Translations under genes and position numbers: made by a program
The notes under the pieces: generated by a model
What the model was told of the DNA's origin: nothing
Database searches by the model: none
The model's input: only the letters and a program-made list of their open reading frames with translations
Origin: Methanosarcinales archaeon
Lineage (GTDB): Archaea; Halobacteriota; Syntropharchaeia; Alkanophagales; Methanospirareceae
Direction of reading: 5' to 3'
NCBI GenBank assembly: GCA_003661125.1
Contig: QMVO01000001.1
Coordinates: 1 to 33,225, forward strand
DNA length: 33,225 nucleotides
Shown here: positions 32,374-33,225 of the stretch, piece after piece
How the letters are laid out: every line of letters starts with the position of its first letter
Position numbering within the stretch: position 1 is the stretch's first letter

Positions 32374-33111
32374 ATGAATGAGATAGTTGTCCCTGTAAAA
32401 GTGAAGATATGTTCGCCTGATGATAACACTATCGCAAATTGTAAAAAAGCGTGGGAGTGGCTGCACACAATCTTCATACCAATAGATAAGCTGAAATACC
32501 AGCCTGAATATATCGTTAAGAAATCGAATTTTTTCACATGGTATAACGACGAGAAGAACACAGAAGAATGGGATTATTTCAAAGAGTTGGATGAGTTGCC
32601 GCGTACAGGCGCGCTTCGCTTACTTATATTAGATTGTTTTTCAACTGGCTATCGTACACCGTGGGGGCTTGCAGGAGGATGTTTCGGTATTGGAAATAAC
32701 TGGTATGAGCCTTCAGTATTTGTCGGTTGTTTTCAAGACTCGTTTGCTGTACATAACAACTGCGGTGTGCTAAAACTATCGAAAGCTTTGCAACACGAAC
32801 TGCATCATACACTCGAAAGCTGTGCAGAGAAAAGTGCAGACTATATCGTTTCGCATTCTGTCGATGAATACACAAACAACAAGGCTAAGGCGATAGCGGG
32901 TGCTGACTATGCTGAAGCGCATAGACCACTGTGGGAGAATACATGCCCGTATGGCTATTCTGATAACAACTATTGCGTGTTCGATTGTTGGTCGTGGCGT
33001 GAATGCACTATTTTAAAAGAGCTTGCTATGATGTTCCTCAAGGAAATTGGTGTCTATATCGTGACATTTTCAAGTGAACCGGAAGGTGCAACGATCGAAC
33101 TAATAGAATGA
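32374..33111 (+). CDS. putative zinc metallopeptidase (HExxH) with a truncated PEGA-like C-terminal tag
   Basis: LSKALQHELHHTLES contains HExxH in a helix-like context. The C-terminus is VYIVTFSSEPEGATIELIE*. I prefer the ATG at 32374 (MNEIVVPVKV...). The 89-codon upstream extension in the track is Ser/Phe-rich and antisense to 32142-32336. Confidence 0.5.
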   Translation: MNEIVVPVKVKICSPDDNTIANCKKAWEWLHTIFIPIDKLKYQPEYIVKKSNFFTWYNDEKNTEEWDYFKELDELPRTGALRLLILDCFSTGYRTPWGLAGGCFGIGNNWYEPSVFVGCFQDSFAVHNNCGVLKLSKALQHELHHTLESCAEKSADYIVSHSVDEYTNNKAKAIAGADYAEAHRPLWENTCPYGYSDNNYCVFDCWSWRECTILKELAMMFLKEIGVYIVTFSSEPEGATIELIE

Positions 33112-33225
33112 AGTTATACAAGAAAATGTACAAGCCTATAAAAATCCATGCACATAAAAATGTATAAGAATGCCGAAAAATATATAAAAGAAAAATATAA
33201 AAGATAAAGTGTAACATTAGAACAC

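Noticed and set aside
1-33225. Diversity-generating retroelement targeting the adhesin-like genes
   Set aside because: No reverse transcriptase and no near-identical template/variable repeat pair were visible by eye. This cannot be fully excluded without a computational repeat search.

Overview
The window is gene-dense (about 90% coding) and reads as part of an archaeal virus, provirus or other mobile element. Evidence for an archaeal host: TTTATATA-type TATA boxes about 20-40 nt upstream of first genes, GGAGGTGAT-type Shine-Dalgarno motifs, many ATGA stop/start overlaps, and Hjc-like, NikR-like and TnpB genes. I saw no rRNA, tRNA or CRISPR array. I also recognised no capsid, portal, terminase, integrase or polymerase, so calling it viral is an inference.

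Modules, left to right:
1. 1-5000: ribbon-helix-helix (RHH) regulators, a free-standing LAGLIDADG endonuclease, and PEGA-repeat structural-like proteins.
2. 5132-7090: two tandem paralogous small proteins, and a nuclease with five tandem HTH repeats plus a Vsr/PD-(D/E)XK-like domain.
3. 16114-7226, leftward operon: small transthyretin-like protein, caspase/CHAT-like His-Cys protein, SAM methyltransferase, then a 2347-aa protein. The giant protein has Ig/PKD/CARDB/dockerin-like/PEGA domains, a roughly 800-aa helical core with two hydrophobic helices, and an embedded staphylococcal-nuclease-like domain.
4. 22600-16165, leftward operon of about 18 small, tightly overlapping genes. It includes an AbrB-like sORF and a zinc-ribbon sORF (both missing from the ORF track), a NikR-like regulator and an Hjc-like nuclease.
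5. 22763-24752: three rightward genes.
6. 30440-24876, leftward operon: three adhesin-like proteins, a holin-like membrane protein, a signal-peptide protein and a papain-family cysteine peptidase. The last three are a candidate lysis cassette.
7. About 30866-32112: a tnpB-only IS200/IS605-type element with terminal hairpins.
8. 32374-33111: a protein carrying an HExxH motif.

The most unusual signal is that five otherwise unrelated proteins end abruptly inside a PEGA/transthyretin-like beta-sandwich, at two conserved break points. A small protein (3485-3862) begins with the missing remainder of that module. This could be a split-domain docking or tagging system.

All functional calls come from motif recognition by eye. 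No database search was possible.
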